DNA of 64,000 bases from Macrostomum lignano (Eukaryota). Made by a program: the position numbers and the translations under genes. The notes under the pieces were generated by a model. That model was not told the DNA's origin. It did no database searches and saw nothing but the letters and a program-made list of their open reading frames with translations. The stretch is from the NCBI GenBank assembly GCA_002269645.1, contig NIVC01001081.1:248001-312000 (forward strand). Reading direction: 5' to 3'. Positions 1-12,030 of this stretch are shown here, one piece after another (within the stretch, counting starts at the first letter, position 1; each line of letters opens with the position of its first letter).

Positions 1-24
1 CACTAATTTATGCTTCGTAACTAG

Positions 25-67
25 GGACATCTATTACCAGGGCTTTCGAATCTACCTGATGATGCTG
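25..67 (+). CDS. nan: TRPV (Nanchung/OCR-like) channel, first internal exon in window (gene starts upstream)
   Basis: Acceptor ctag at 21-24 and donor gtgagt at 68. Reads G-GAC.. = DIYYQGFRIYLMML and joins in phase 0 to KATPMR of the next exon, matching the pre-S3 region of Nanchung-type TRPVs. An alternative acceptor at 37-40 cannot be excluded. Confidence 0.7.
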
Positions 68-234
68 GTGAGTGCGGGGAGAGGGTTGAGTGATGGAGGG
101 AATTTAATTTTATCTGAGACTCTGCAGCAAAAAATGGGAGAGAGTTGAGGGAAGAAACGAGTATTTTGATAGAAGTAGATGTCAGAATAGACAGTGGAGT
201 AGAGAAAGCAGCCGGAGAGAGAGTAGAGAAGGTA

Positions 235-590
<356 letters not shown>

Positions 591-616
591 AGAGAAGGTA
601 GAAGATAGAGAAAATA

Positions 617-1014
617 GACAGGGGCAGGAGTGCAGGCAGACAGAGGCAGGAGTGCAGGCAGACAGAGGCAGGAGTGCAGACAGACAGGGGCAGGAGTGCA
701 GGCAGACAGGGGCAGGAGTGCAGGCAGACAGGGGCAGGAGTGCAGGCAGACAGGGGCAGGAGTGCAGGCAGACAGGGGCAGGAGTGCAGGCAGACAGAGG
801 CAGGAGTGCAGACAGACAGGGGCAGGAGTGCAGGCAGACAGGGGCAGGAGTGCAGGCAGACAGGGGCAGGAGTGCAGGCAGACAGGGGCAGGAGTGCAGG
901 CAGACAGAGGCAGGAGTGCAGACAGACAGGGGCAGGAGTGCAGGCAGACAGGGGCAGGAGTGCAGGCAGACAGGGGCAGGAGTGCAGGCAGACAGGGGCA
1001 GGAGTGCAGGCAGA
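617..1014 (+). repeat. 22-bp minisatellite GACAGGGGCAGGAGTGCAGGCA
   Basis: About 18 tandem units. Confidence 0.95.
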
Positions 1015-1067
1015 GTTTGCACTCACCACTCTGACAAGTCACCCTTCACACGCTGCAATGTTCGCAG

Positions 1068-1329
1068 AAAGCCACCCCCATGAGGTGCCTGTACCAGACC
1101 TCCTGCATCCTTGTGGTTGCCATGGTGCCCTGCCGGGCGGCCTGCGAGTCGCAGGTGGAAGACTACATCGCCGTCTTCGCCATCCTGTTCACGGCTCCGT
1201 ACTTCCTGTTCTTCTGCCGCGGTTTCAAGATTGTCGGACCCTTCGTGCTGATGATCTACCGGATGGTTGTCGGCGACCTGCTGCGCTTCTGCACCATCTA
1301 CATCATCTTCATGATGGGCTTCTCGCAGG
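1068..1329 (+). CDS. nan: TRPV (Nanchung/OCR-like) channel exon, S3-S5
   Basis: cag acceptor ends at 1067, donor gtgagt at 1330. TAPYFLFFCRGFKIVGPFVLMIYRMVVGDLLRF..FMMGFSQ is the Nanchung/OCR S4-S5 signature (Inactive/OSM-9 have GPFVQMIYSM). Confidence 0.92.
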
Positions 1330-1431
1330 GTGAGTCTGGAAGAAGTGTACAATGTATGTTGTGGAGTCAGTCACGTGACTCATTAACCATGCCAAACCAT
1401 GAGCAACATCCCTGATCTCTCCTCAACTCAG

Positions 1432-1577
1432 CCATGTTCATCGTGTTCCGCCGAGTCGATGCCAGCATCTTCCACGACCCCGGTGAGGCCCTGATGGGAA
1501 TGTTCATCATGTCGCTGGGCGAGTTCGCCGAGATCTACGAGCAGTTCGACTGCTCATCGCACAGCAGCATGGGAAAG
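1432..1577 (+). CDS. nan: TRPV exon, pore helix and selectivity filter
   Basis: tcag acceptor and gtgagc donor; phase 1 matches the previous exon. Encodes AMFIVFRRVDASIFHDPGEALMGMFIMSLGEFAEIYEQFDCSSHSSMGK. Confidence 0.9.
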
Positions 1578-1674
1578 GTGAGCAACCTGCTCTGAAAGTC
1601 TTTAGCATTCTTTGAGCATACCAAAAGTACAAGGCAAGCAATTCAATGTTTTTCCTACCATTCCAACCGCACAG

Positions 1675-1791
1675 TTCCTTTTCGTGGTGTACATGATCCT
1701 CGTGACGCTGCTTCTAGTGAACATGCTCATTGCCATGATGGGGCATACCTTCGAGGCTGTCAATGAGACCCAGAAGGAATGGCTCCGTCAG
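1675..1791 (+). CDS. nan: TRPV exon, S6 and start of TRP box
   Basis: acag acceptor and gtgagt donor. Encodes FLFVVYMILVTLLLVNMLIAMMGHTFEAVNETQKEWLRQ, with the canonical NMLIAMM S6 motif. Confidence 0.93.
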
Positions 1792-2156
1792 GTGAGTTTA
1801 GTGCACTGTCGCCAGTATATAAGCGTAAATGTTTTCTAAAATTTTCTGTTAATATTTAGATAGTCCTACTTACAGTAGATGGATTGTGCATGAAAAAGAG
1901 CACGCAGAGCTTGCATGAATAAACGGGGGATTCGTTTAGAATGTTCATGCGTACATTGTTTGTCGGCCGTCAGTGATGAATGTACATAGGGTAAACTGAG
2001 AAGAGAGAGAGAGAAAGGCAGGGTGGACAGTGACACTGTCAAGGCCTGCAGAATCGGACCACTCCGTACGTGCACCCTGAAGCAGAAACACAACTATGCT
2101 TGGCCCATGGCTGCCCAACCTTGCCCTTGATCTGTTATTTCACAACTCTATTATGC

Positions 2157-2164
2157 TATATAAG
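2157..2164 (+). promoter_or_regulatory. TATA box of the nested DHCR24 gene
   Basis: TATATAAG fits TATAWAWR exactly, lies about 80 nt upstream of the ATG, and has a CA initiator-like dinucleotide at 2185-2186. Confidence 0.45.
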
Positions 2165-2240
2165 TTGAAGAATTGAATCAGCCTCAAAAGTGATCCGTTG
2201 AAAGTCTGTTCTTAGCTGAGTTCAACAATCGCAAATAGCC

Positions 2241-3776
2241 ATGGATCCGATGGCAGGCCTGGAGAATGCTCCAATGTCGGAGAAGTTATTCGCCTACATC
2301 CTGGTGAACTACCGCTGGGTGTTCGTGCTGCTCTTCCTGCTACCCCTGTCGCTGCTGTACGACGCATTCTTCTACGTGCGCAACAAAATCATTTTTCGAT
2401 TGCGCAGCGCGCCCCGACAGCACGACGCTCGGGTGAAGGATGTGCAACGTCAGATCACAGCCTGGGCGGCCAGCGGCGGTCGGCAGAAGCTGTGCACCGC
2501 GCGCCCGGGCTGGCAGAACATGTCCTTTCGCAGGGGCAAGTACAAGAAGACACACTACAATGTCAACGTCAACCTTATTGACATCTTGGAGGTGAATCCG
2601 AACTCCAGGACAGTCCGCTGCGAGCCGATGGTGTCCATGGGCCAGCTGACGGCCACGCTGCTGCCCCTTGGCTGGACAATTCCCATCGTGCCAGAGCTGG
2701 ACGACCTCACCGTCGGCGGCTTAGTTATGGGCACCGGCGTGGAGACTTCGTCGCACGCACATGGCCTCTTCCAGCACATCTGTGAGAGCTACGAACTAGT
2801 ACTGGCCGACGGCAGTGTGGTCACCTGCAGCGCAACGGAGAACTCCGATTTGTTCTACGCTGTACCCTGGTCCTACGGCACTCTCGGCTTCCTCGTGTCC
2901 GCCACTATCCGCCTGATTCCGGCGCACTCTTTCGTCCGGCTCACCTACATCCCCTGCCATTCGCTAGAGGAGCTCTCCAAGACCTTTGCCGATGAGTCGG
3001 CCAAGCGCGAAGAGAATGACTTCGTCGAGGGCCTGGTATACTCAGCGGAGTCCGGCGTAGTCATGGTGGGCAAGTCCACCAACCAGGCTGACCCGGATCG
3101 TATCAACCGCATCGGGGACTACTGGAAGCCCTGGTTCTTCAAGCACGTCGAGCGGTTCCTCAAGACCGGTGGCGGAGTTGAGTTCATCCCCACAAGGCAC
3201 TACTATCACAGGCATTCGCGCAGCATCTTCTGGCAGATGCAGGACATTGTACCGTTTGGAAACCACCCGATTTTCCGCTACCTGCTTGGCTGGGCCGTGC
3301 CGCCCAAGGTGTCCCTGATGAAGCTTACCCAAGGCGAGACGGTAAAGAAGATGTACGAAACTCATCAGATCATCCAAGACATGCTGGTGCCGATCACCGA
3401 CCTGGCTGGTGCCATCAAGGTGTTCCACCGCGAGATCAACATGTACCCACTGTGGCTGTGTCCCTTCTACTTGCCCGATAATCCCGGCATGCTGCGACCC
3501 CGCGACGACCGCTCCCAGATGTACGTTGACATCGGGGCCTACGGTGCGCCCAAGAACCCGGAGTACAAGGCTGAGGCCACAACGCGTAGGCTGGAGGCCT
3601 ACGTGCGCGAGGTTCGCGGCTTCCAGATGCTCTACGCCGACACCTTCATGACCGAGTCCGAGTTCGAGGCTATGTTCGACCATCGGCTATACGACCGGCT
3701 GCGCGACAAGCTGGCTCGAACCAAGGACGCTTTTCCTCGCGTCTATGACAAGATCAATCGAAGTGCTCGAGACTGA
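2241..3776 (+). CDS. DHCR24: Delta(24)-sterol reductase (FAD-dependent oxidoreductase), intronless, nested in a TRPV intron
   Basis: Uninterrupted 511-aa ORF collinear with animal DHCR24: N-terminal TM RWVFVLLFLLPLS, CTARPGW, FAD-binding PELDDLTVGGLVMGTGVETSSH, DLFYAVPWSYGTLGFL, YYHRHSRSIFW, GFQMLYAD, C-terminal FPRVYDKI. gccATGg start context; AATAAA at 4038-4043. Confidence 0.97.
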   Translation: MDPMAGLENAPMSEKLFAYILVNYRWVFVLLFLLPLSLLYDAFFYVRNKIIFRLRSAPRQHDARVKDVQRQITAWAASGGRQKLCTARPGWQNMSFRRGKYKKTHYNVNVNLIDILEVNPNSRTVRCEPMVSMGQLTATLLPLGWTIPIVPELDDLTVGGLVMGTGVETSSHAHGLFQHICESYELVLADGSVVTCSATENSDLFYAVPWSYGTLGFLVSATIRLIPAHSFVRLTYIPCHSLEELSKTFADESAKREENDFVEGLVYSAESGVVMVGKSTNQADPDRINRIGDYWKPWFFKHVERFLKTGGGVEFIPTRHYYHRHSRSIFWQMQDIVPFGNHPIFRYLLGWAVPPKVSLMKLTQGETVKKMYETHQIIQDMLVPITDLAGAIKVFHREINMYPLWLCPFYLPDNPGMLRPRDDRSQMYVDIGAYGAPKNPEYKAEATTRRLEAYVREVRGFQMLYADTFMTESEFEAMFDHRLYDRLRDKLARTKDAFPRVYDKINRSARD

Positions 3777-4151
3777 GTTTAGCGGGAGACCAGCCGCTAA
3801 CCTGAGCATCATCTTCCGTCCTGATCAAGTCGGTCTTGGACGGTGGAGTCTTTTAGTCTCAAAATTATTAACTACAATTAGTTTTTGCACAACTTCTGTT
3901 TTAATTTCGGTTGCTACAATTTATTTAGTTTTGCATGCTAGGATTATCTGATATTCTTGATTTGATATTGATGGACTTACTAATAAGGATTGTTGGTTGT
4001 TGTTGCTGTCTAATTTTTAGTGGCAAAAAAATTCATAAATAAATTTCTAAGCAGGTAGCTCTAAAGCATAATCTTGGTTCGTCAACATCTTACGGGACTT
4101 ATAAAAAATGGGCGCATTCAGCTTATGTGCAGCAAATTGTGTTTGGCCAAA

Positions 4152-4345
4152 TGGGTTACACACCGGTAACTAAGCGGGTTAAACACCGGTGACTAAGCGG
4201 GTTACACACCGGTAACTAAGCGGGTTACACACCGGTGACTAAGGGGGTTTAACACCGGTGACTAAGCGGGTTAAACACCGGTGACTAAGGGGGTTTAACA
4301 CCGGTGACTAAGCGGTTTACACCTGTGACTAACTGGTTTACACCT
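4152..4345 (+). repeat. 22-bp minisatellite ACACCGGTGACTAAGCGGGTTA (copy at about 13602-13800)
   Basis: Direct reading. Confidence 0.9.
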
Positions 4346-4504
4346 GTTACTAAAAGGTCTATGCATCAGTGGGGGGGGTAACTAAACAAGTTACACCCGG
4401 AAATGAAAGGATTACACCTGCGTCTAACCTTGTACCTTGAACATTCCAATCGAAACAAATACGTATATTGCAATCTCAACGCTGTCCCATCTATCCAACA
4501 ACAG

Positions 4505-4630
4505 TGGGCCCGGATTCTGCTGGTAGTGGAGCAGACCTTCACTCGGCAGGAGTGCCAGGCACACCAGGAGAGCTACTCCCAGCTGCTGCAAGACGGCCGT
4601 CGTGCTCTGGTAGTGCGCTGGAAAAGCGAG
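4505..4630 (+). CDS. nan: TRPV exon, TRP helix (WARILLVVE)
   Basis: acag acceptor and gtgaga donor. Phase-0 join gives EWLRQ|WARILLVVEQ, the conserved TRPV post-S6 motif. Confidence 0.9.
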
Positions 4631-5185
4631 GTGAGACTCTGATGACATCTTGAGCACACGCTGCACACCCTTTTCAACAGGCATTGGAAACCCGAACTGA
4701 CGTGGTCGCGTGAAAATCGCCACTGTACCGGCAAGCACACCCTTGCCCTTTGAACACCTGTGGGCCCAGGTACACCCAAGTTGACTGAATTTAGAGACAC
4801 TCCGTGCCAGGTGCAAAGTTCAAAAAATAAATAGAACCACGTAACAAAATTATACCGCAAAAATTAATCAAAGTCTACGCTGACAATTGACAAAAAAGCT
4901 TATCAGCGATAGCAAATTACTTGCACGTGACTGCTTAAAATCTGACTATACTGTTGCAAGTAGAGCAGTTGGGATGAGTGAAACATTTGAAAACAGACCC
5001 ACCCGAAGGTTACTGCGATATCGAATTTCTCATCGCGGAGTGCGCTGGGTGGCAGATTTCAGTAATTGAAAGCCGATCTCCGGCCGGCAGTGATTGACGG
5101 CACGTGCTGCTCAGGCTTTGCTGGGGAGCTGCTAGAGAGATTACCTGGATTAGCTAATCCCCAGAATCACCTCTGCTTGTTGCAG

Positions 5186-5371
5186 GACGACGAGAACAAC
5201 AACTTGCTGGGCCGGAAGAGGCGCGTAGTTTCTGCCGAGCAGAAGATCGTGGAGGATCAGGAGCTCCGACGCGAGATGGAGACGTCGCTGATGAATCAGT
5301 CTGCTGCGACAAGCGGCGAGGAGCGAGCAGCCGCCACCGAGGCTGGGAGCAGCACACCGGTGCAGTGCTGA
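5186..5371 (+). CDS. nan: TRPV terminal coding exon
   Basis: ttgttgcag acceptor, phase 0, DDENNNLLGRKRR..TPVQC*; AATAAA at 5485-5490. Confidence 0.75.
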   Translation, partial: DDENNNLLGRKRRVVSAEQKIVEDQELRREMETSLMNQSAATSGEERAAATEAGSSTPVQC

Positions 5372-5534
5372 CTGCAATCGAAATCTTAGCAACTGGTCAT
5401 TTGGACTGTAGAGCATAGTGAACTTTATTACTTCGTTTAAGTTGGACCTTTCAAGACAATAATGGTAACATTTTTTAATTCGAGAATAAAAATTTGGAAG
5501 TGTCTGGTATATTGTATTATAGAGAATCGACTCA

Positions 5535-6375
5535 CTCAACTCTCCTCTCTTCTACTATGCGCTACTCTCCCTAATCTAATCTACTCTCCCGACTCTACTC
5601 TCCCGAATCTACTCTCCTCTCCTCTTCTCTCCTCTACTATACTCTACTCTACTCTACTATCTCTACTCTCATTTCCTCTACTCTACTCTCCTCTTCTCTC
5701 CTCTACTATACTCTACTCTACTCTACTATCTCTACTCTCATTTCCTCTACTCTACTCTCCTCTACTCTCCTCTACTCTCTTCTCCTCTCCTCTCCTCTCA
5801 TCTACACTACTTCTCCTCTAATCTACTCTTGTCTACACTACTCTACTCTCCTCTCCTCTCGTCTACTCACCTCTACACTACACTACACTACTCTACTCTA
5901 CTCTACTCTACTCTACTCTACTCTACTCTCCTCTACTCTACTCTACTCTGCTCTACTCTCCCCAACACTATTCTACTCTCCCTAATCTACTCTCCTCTAC
6001 TCTACTCTACTCTCCTCTACTCTCCTCTCCTCTCCTCTACTCTACTCTCCACTACTCTCCTCTACTCTACTCTACACTACTCTCCTCTCCTCTCCTCTCC
6101 TCTTCTCTACTCTACTCTCCTCTACTCTACTCTACACTACTCTACTCTCCACTACTCTACTCTACTCTACTCTACTCTACTCTACTCTACTCTACTCTAC
6201 TCTACTCTACTCTACTCTACTCTCCACTACTCTACTCTACTCTACTCTACTCTACTCTACTCTACTCTACTCTACTCTACTCTACTCTACTCTACTCTAC
6301 TCTACTCTACTCTACTCTATTCTACTCTACTCTACTATTATTCTCCTCCTCTCCTCTCTTTTCTTCTCCTCTATA
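5535..6375 (+). repeat. (CTACT)n / (CTCCT)n pentamer satellite, copy 1
   Basis: Direct reading. Confidence 0.93.
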
Positions 6376-8040
6376 TTAGTCTTGGGCACAGCAGCATTCA
6401 GCAAATAAAATTGCTTGCCTTCAACTGGAAACAATTGACGAAAAGCAACTGAGCCGGTACAGAAAACTGGATATTTGAAAAACTAGATACTATCGCTATA
6501 TTCAGCGGATCCGATCAGCTTGGCTGCGACTCAAGATCAAAGGACTCAATCGGCAGTTTATTGTATCAGTTAGTTCGTCCCGCTACTCATGCAGCGAGCA
6601 TTCAAATAAAACATTTTTTTGCTTGCTCACAAATTCTTTTTGTTGAATTTTTTGTTACAAAATATAAAAAGGACTAAGCCGTTATTTGTTTGCCCACTTT
6701 GCATACGGGACTGAACTATGTATCCATTGGCAGTACAAGATTCCATAAATTTATGAGCCTATCCTATAGGAAGCGCTCCCATATCCTACAGATTAAAAAA
6801 CTTGCTCAACGAGTTTGGGCTGCTTTTTGCATTCGAGTCCACCCAGGCATTGACCCCCCCCCCCCTCAATTCTCTCATCGAAGCTCTCGCTGAAATGTTT
6901 TCTTTAAAAAAGCTAAGCAAGCCGCATTGAGAATGCACTCAGCAATTCCCATTGTGCTTGGAGAGGATGCAGAAATTTGCAGGGCGCCGCGACACGCATG
7001 GGGTCCGTCTGTGTCTGTACAGGCGCTTTGAGTTGAGTTTGAAAATACCCCCCCCCCCCCCGACCGCTTGGAGACTTCTCATGCGAGACTTTGCTGCAGT
7101 CTCCCGTCGGCATGTGTTCTTCACCTGCAGGAGGCTGGCGGGGCTGGCGGGGCTTCACACCTGACTGCCTGGCAATCCATGGAGCTCCAGTGAGGTGGAA
7201 CAGCTTCCAGCAGCCAACGCAGCCTCATCATTGTTATTGTGCTGCAGGCCCACACGCTGGGACCTGGGCAGCTGGCACTGCAAGCAGTGTTGCCAACGCG
7301 AGTTCTACTGTGCTGGATTACGTGCTCAAGGCCGCCCGCTGATAGTTTATGTCGATGCTCACAATCTAAGCATAGTTTGCAGACTGAGACTGGCATTGTT
7401 GCCTATTTCCACGTCCCCTGCATTGCATCAGCGTCCTGAGCAGAGCCTTTGTTTGAGCTACCACTGGGATTTATGAATTTTCTTGCTACTGATGCAGTCT
7501 CGATGGCAGATTAATCGGAGTTAATTCAGTCAAATAAGTCATACTTTTTAAAAAATATTTTCTGAAAAAATAGGACTTGAATAATTAAGACGCAAATATT
7601 TATCATATGCACACTCGTTCTACTTAGCTAAGTAGGCAACAAGAATGTCAGCTCGCATTGAAGATTATCAACTGCTCATTAAAGTTAGCCAAACGCAATA
7701 GCAGGGGATTCCCCATTCAGTTCAGGCCACAACATTACCGCCTGGAAAACATTCTCTCTCTTGCCCCGGCCCCCTTCCAATGTACATGCAGATTCAGCGG
7801 CGGCCTGGGGTTGGCTCGCTGCCCCTTGCCCAATTTGAGTGAATCACTCATGACAGTAAAGAAAATTGGTTGGGGAGTCGGGGTTGGCTGTCGGTGGGGT
7901 GGGGGCTCAGCCCGGGAATGGGGGAGGGTGGCTGCACGCTCGCTTATCGAGAGAGGCGTGCGCGCTGGCTGGACAATTTTTGTTTATGCACTCCGCGTGT
8001 ATACACTGCCCGCGTTGCACACACCAACGCTCCAGGAGAA

Positions 8041-8047
8041 TATAAAG
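8041..8047 (+). promoter_or_regulatory. Putative TATA box of LMO4-like promoter (copy 1; copy 2 at 17732-17738)
   Basis: TATAAAG about 230 nt upstream of the ATG exon in a CpG-rich region; a 15-bp dyad TGAGTGA-A-TCACTCA lies at 7836-7850. Confidence 0.4.
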
Positions 8048-8268
8048 GGCTTGTCGGGGACACCGGACCAGCGACTAGAGAAGACAGCGAGCTAAGACTT
8101 ATCTGTTCTGTTTTGTTTATCGGAATTGGCTGAAGAGCCCCCCTCCGGGTTTGATCGCTTGATATAGATTAGCTGAGAATTACACAAGCCAGCCAGACCC
8201 AATTTAGCGAGACCAATTTAATCCGTCTGGTTCCTGCGATTTATCTAATTATAAAATTTTAATTAAAA

Positions 8269-8425
8269 ATGCTGTCTCACGCGCACTACCGACTGGCGGA
8301 CACAGCAGCTCCCGCTATGCAGCCCGAGAATGGCACTGCTGCCGCCACAGAGCTGGACGAATTCGGCGGTGGCCTCAACGGAGCCGGTGGTGGCGGCATG
8401 ACAGATCCCGGACCTGCGAATGGGC
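8269..8425 (+). CDS. Duplicated LMO4-like exon 1 (orphan or alternative first exon)
   Basis: Matches 17960-18116; ATG start and gtaagt donor at 8426, phase 1. Confidence 0.6.
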
Positions 8426-8574
8426 GTAAGTTTTATGCTGAACTATTTACAGTTTATATTGAATCTGAAAATCTCAGCTAGAGTAGAGAAGCTGGGAATC
8501 TACCGTTTTTGTCCAACAACTTTTCTCGCTTACTCATAGTCATACTGAAGTGCTTGTACTCATGCCCTTCTGCT

Positions 8575-9095
8575 CACCCACAGTGTCTGAACTTCTTTCA
8601 ATAATAGTTCAGTAAGTTCACCGTGTCTGACCCCCTTCCAGTTCACTGTTCACCCACAATGTCTGACCCCCTTCCAGTTCACTGTTCACCCACAATGTCT
8701 GACCCCCTTCCAGTTCACCCATAGTGTCTGATGACCCCCCTTACCAATCCACAGGTTCTGACCCCCTTCCAGTTCACCCATAGTGTCTGACCCCCTTCCA
8801 GTTCACTGTTCACCCACAATGTCTGACCCCCTTCCAGTTCACTGTACTGTTCACCCACAATGTCTGACCTCTTTCCAGTTCACCCATAGTTCTGACCCCC
8901 CTTACCAATTCACAGGTTCTGACCCCCTTCCAGTTCACCCATAGTTCTGACCCCCCTTTCCAATTCACACAGTGTCTGACCCCCTTCTGTTCACCCAGTG
9001 CCTGACCCCCCTTCTGTTCACCCAGTGTCTGACCCCCCTTCTGTTCACCCAGTGTCTGACCCCCCTTCTGTTCACCCAGTGCCTGACCCCCTTGG
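8575..9095 (+). repeat. ~24-bp minisatellite GTCTGACCCCCTTCTGTTCACCCA, copy 1
   Basis: Direct reading. Confidence 0.9.
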
Positions 9096-9674
9096 CCAGG
9101 TCTGATTCATAGATTTTGTCAGCAAAATTCAAATGAGATGTGTGCTAAATAACAATAGAATTTATGCTTCACAAGGCAATTTGCTTGTTTTAATGCCATG
9201 CATATTGCATTATGTTCTGTCCAGGGCCCCAGACCTTCATTGGCCATAACTATGGCAATAAATTCAGTAAATAATATACTTATGTTTTGTATATACCAAC
9301 TTAATTTGCAAAATTTATATAAAACAGACCCTTGTGGCAGTAAAGCAGGTATATATTTATAGTTTTGCTTTCATGAATAATTGTGGCTAGCTGAGGTGGG
9401 TGAACCAGTGAGGCATGACTTGTAATCTGGTGGTAGTATGAATCATTTTGACTATTGCAAATGCAAATTATGCATAATCTTTCTTTACTATGCACTATGC
9501 TGTGCCTGTGCCCAGTCCACTGCTGGGCGGATCACTTCTGACTGGATGGGGGGGGGTCATAAATCTACTTTTTATCTCACGGAGCAATAAATCTGCTAGT
9601 GTCCAATGAGTGCGCCTATGCTAGCACCCTGCTGGCGCCCTCACCTGGCGCCCCTCATATTTCCTAGCACTCTG

Positions 9675-10217
9675 GCGTCCCGCATATCCCCTGTTGGCGT
9701 CCCTCACATCCCCTGTTGGCGTCCCTCATATCCCCTGTTGGCGTCCCTCATATCCCCTGTTGGCGCCCCTCTCATCCCCTGTTGGCGTCCCTCATATCCC
9801 CTGTTGGCGCCCCTCATCCCCTGTTGGCGTCCCTCATATCCCCTGTTGGCGCCCCTCTCATCCCCTGTTGGCGTCCCTCATATCCCCTGTTGGCGCCCCT
9901 CATCCCCTGTTGGCGCCCCTCATCCCCTGTTGGCGTCCCTCATATCCCCTGTTGGCGCCCCTCTCATCCCCTGTTGGCGCCCCTCTCATCCCCTGTTGGC
10001 GTCCCTCATATCCCCTGTTGGCGCCCCTCATCCCCTGTTGGCGCCCCTCATCCCCTGTTGGCGTCCCTCATATCCCCTGTTGGCGCCCCTCTCATCCCCT
10101 GTTGGCGCCCCTCTCATCCCCTGTTGGCGTCCCTCATATCCCCTGTTGGCGCCCCTCATCCCCTGTTGGCGTCTCTCTCATCCCCTGTTGGCGTCTCTCT
10201 CATCCCCTGTTGGCGTC
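9675..10217 (+). repeat. ~22-bp minisatellite TCCCCTGTTGGCGTCCCTCATA, copy 1
   Basis: Direct reading. Confidence 0.92.
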
Positions 10218-10777
10218 TCAAAAAGTAAAAGAAAAAAGTAAATAAAAACAAGGTAATGTTTGTTCTCTCATACATCTCATTTGGCCGAAGGAAATTTGAC
10301 AAATGACAAAATTTCAACGCGATCTGATCATGCGGTCAGCCCGGTATGTGATGCCCATGCCCGCACTGATGGTTATTGAGTTAGCAGACCCGCAGCCCTC
10401 CTGCAATATTTGATCGATTGTAGCAATCAAATATCGAGACAATGGGGTCTGCCCAGCCTCTTATTGGCTTCCCCATCTCCGCCATATGATTGTCCTCCCC
10501 GTTTTTTTTCATGATTGATGCATTTTGCATATTGAATACGTGAGATATTGAGCGCTGGGTTCAGCTGGGCCTGTCTTAACTCAGAGTTGTTCGAGTCAGA
10601 CACGGGAAATCCGAAGTGATTAATCGATTAAATTGTCAATTGAGTCGCTTCTGTGGGAATCGCCGGGACAGAATCACATTTATCTCCCATTTTTGGTTGT
10701 AACTGCATGGATTAAAATGAGCGAATCGATGAATACTTTGGCATTTTCACTTGGGGATCTGAGTCTTCCTGGGGACC

Positions 10778-11255
10778 GGGGTGCCATTTGGGATTTCTGA
10801 GCCGTCGTGGAGTGGTTTGGGATCTCTGATCCATCATGGGGTGCCATTTGGGATTTCTGAGCCGTCGTGGAGTGGTTTGGGATCTCTGATCCTTCATCAT
10901 GGGGTGCCATTTGGATCTCTGATCCTTCATCATGGGGTGCCATTTGGGATCTCTGATCCTTCATCATGGGGTGCCATTTGGGATCTCTGATCCTTCATCA
11001 TGGGGTGCCATTTGGGATCTCTGATCCTTCATCATGGGGTGCCATTTGGGATCTCTGATCCTTCATCATGGGGTGCCATTTGTGATCTCTGATCCTTCAT
11101 CATGGGGTGCCATTTGGGATCTCTGATCCTTCATCATGGGTGCCATTTGGGATCTCTGATCCTTCATCATGGGGTGCCATTTGTGATCTCTGATCCTTCA
11201 TCATGGGGTGCCATTTGGGATCTCTGAGAATTCACGGGGTGCCATTTGAGATCTA
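10778..11255 (+). repeat. 34-bp minisatellite GGGGTGCCATTTGGGATCTCTGATCCTTCATCAT (inverted copy about 12890-13331; direct copy about 21783-22260)
   Basis: Direct reading of all three copies. Confidence 0.92.
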
Positions 11256-12030
11256 TAAGACTTAGTTCCTCCTATCTATGCTTAGGCTGCTGGACAAAAG
11301 TAAGACAAAAGGCGAATCAAGGCGAATCTGCACATTCAAATTAAGGAGGAACTTGCAGTTAACTATAAAAATGTCTCCGATTTAGCTCCATCCACTTCCA
11401 TTCTAAACTAAATGAAAAATCCCCAAATTTCACCTGCGCTTTTAATGGGGGGGGGGAGATGTTGGTTGGTTCGATGGGTTTTGCTCTCAAGGCTGAGGGG
11501 GAGAGCGAAGGTGCCCGGGTTAATTGGGGGGGGATTTGGGATCTATGGCTTGGGAACTGCAGCGGCTTAATTAAAAGTGCCCACCCCTGCACCCCCGGCC
11601 CTACCAGTCTTCAGAGGGTCTTCAGCCTGCCGTTTCTCCTCCTCATCTCCCCTTTCTTCCCCACGGCGGCCGCCCTTCCTCTTCATCGTGAAGGAGGGGG
11701 CAGGGAAGGCATTAGCGGCTTAATTGCCAGGGGGTGTTGGTATTTGTCCTGCGGCTCGCCTGCGGAGGAGTCGAGCTTATTTTTAAAGCGAAAGGAAATA
11801 ATAATATATGGAGCGGGTGAAACTCGATGGGGAGTTAATATTTGCCCCTGCATATTTAATAAACTCTTGGCCCGATGATTGAGGCTGGACCGGTGGGCCT
11901 TAATTAAAAACTTATTTATCCCCTCCGCTGCCACCATCTGATCCTCTTGCTGCCGCACCTGGTTAACATAAACTGCAGTTCGCGGACATCGCTGCATACT
12001 GCAGGGAAGGATGAGGCGCCCCCCAGCGGC

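Larger units (their letters stand above)
3883..12030 (+). other. Segmental duplication, copy 1
   Basis: Unique sequence is near-identical to 13333-23036 (for example the ORF pairs 4403/13859, 5066/14522 and 8269/17960). Confidence 0.95.

Noticed and set aside
1791-2243. In-frame TRPV-DHCR24 fusion by alternative splicing
   Set aside because: The TRPV donor is phase 0. The nearest AG acceptors before the DHCR24 ATG leave 2, 20 or 25 nt, so none is in frame.
2241-3776. DHCR24 as a bacterial contaminant or recent horizontal transfer because it is intronless
   Set aside because: It is collinear with animal DHCR24 from the N-terminal TM to the C-terminus, has host-like C/G-ending codons, and is embedded in a spliced animal gene.
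5462-6452. YSTLL/SSPLL-repeat ORFs (also 14918-16069) and the PHIPCWRP ORFs at 9606-10245 and 20046-21250
   Set aside because: Satellite translations whose lengths vary freely between duplicate copies.
10560-10610. GTTCGAGTC B-box-like motif suggesting a tRNA or SINE
   Set aside because: No A box or cloverleaf could be built.
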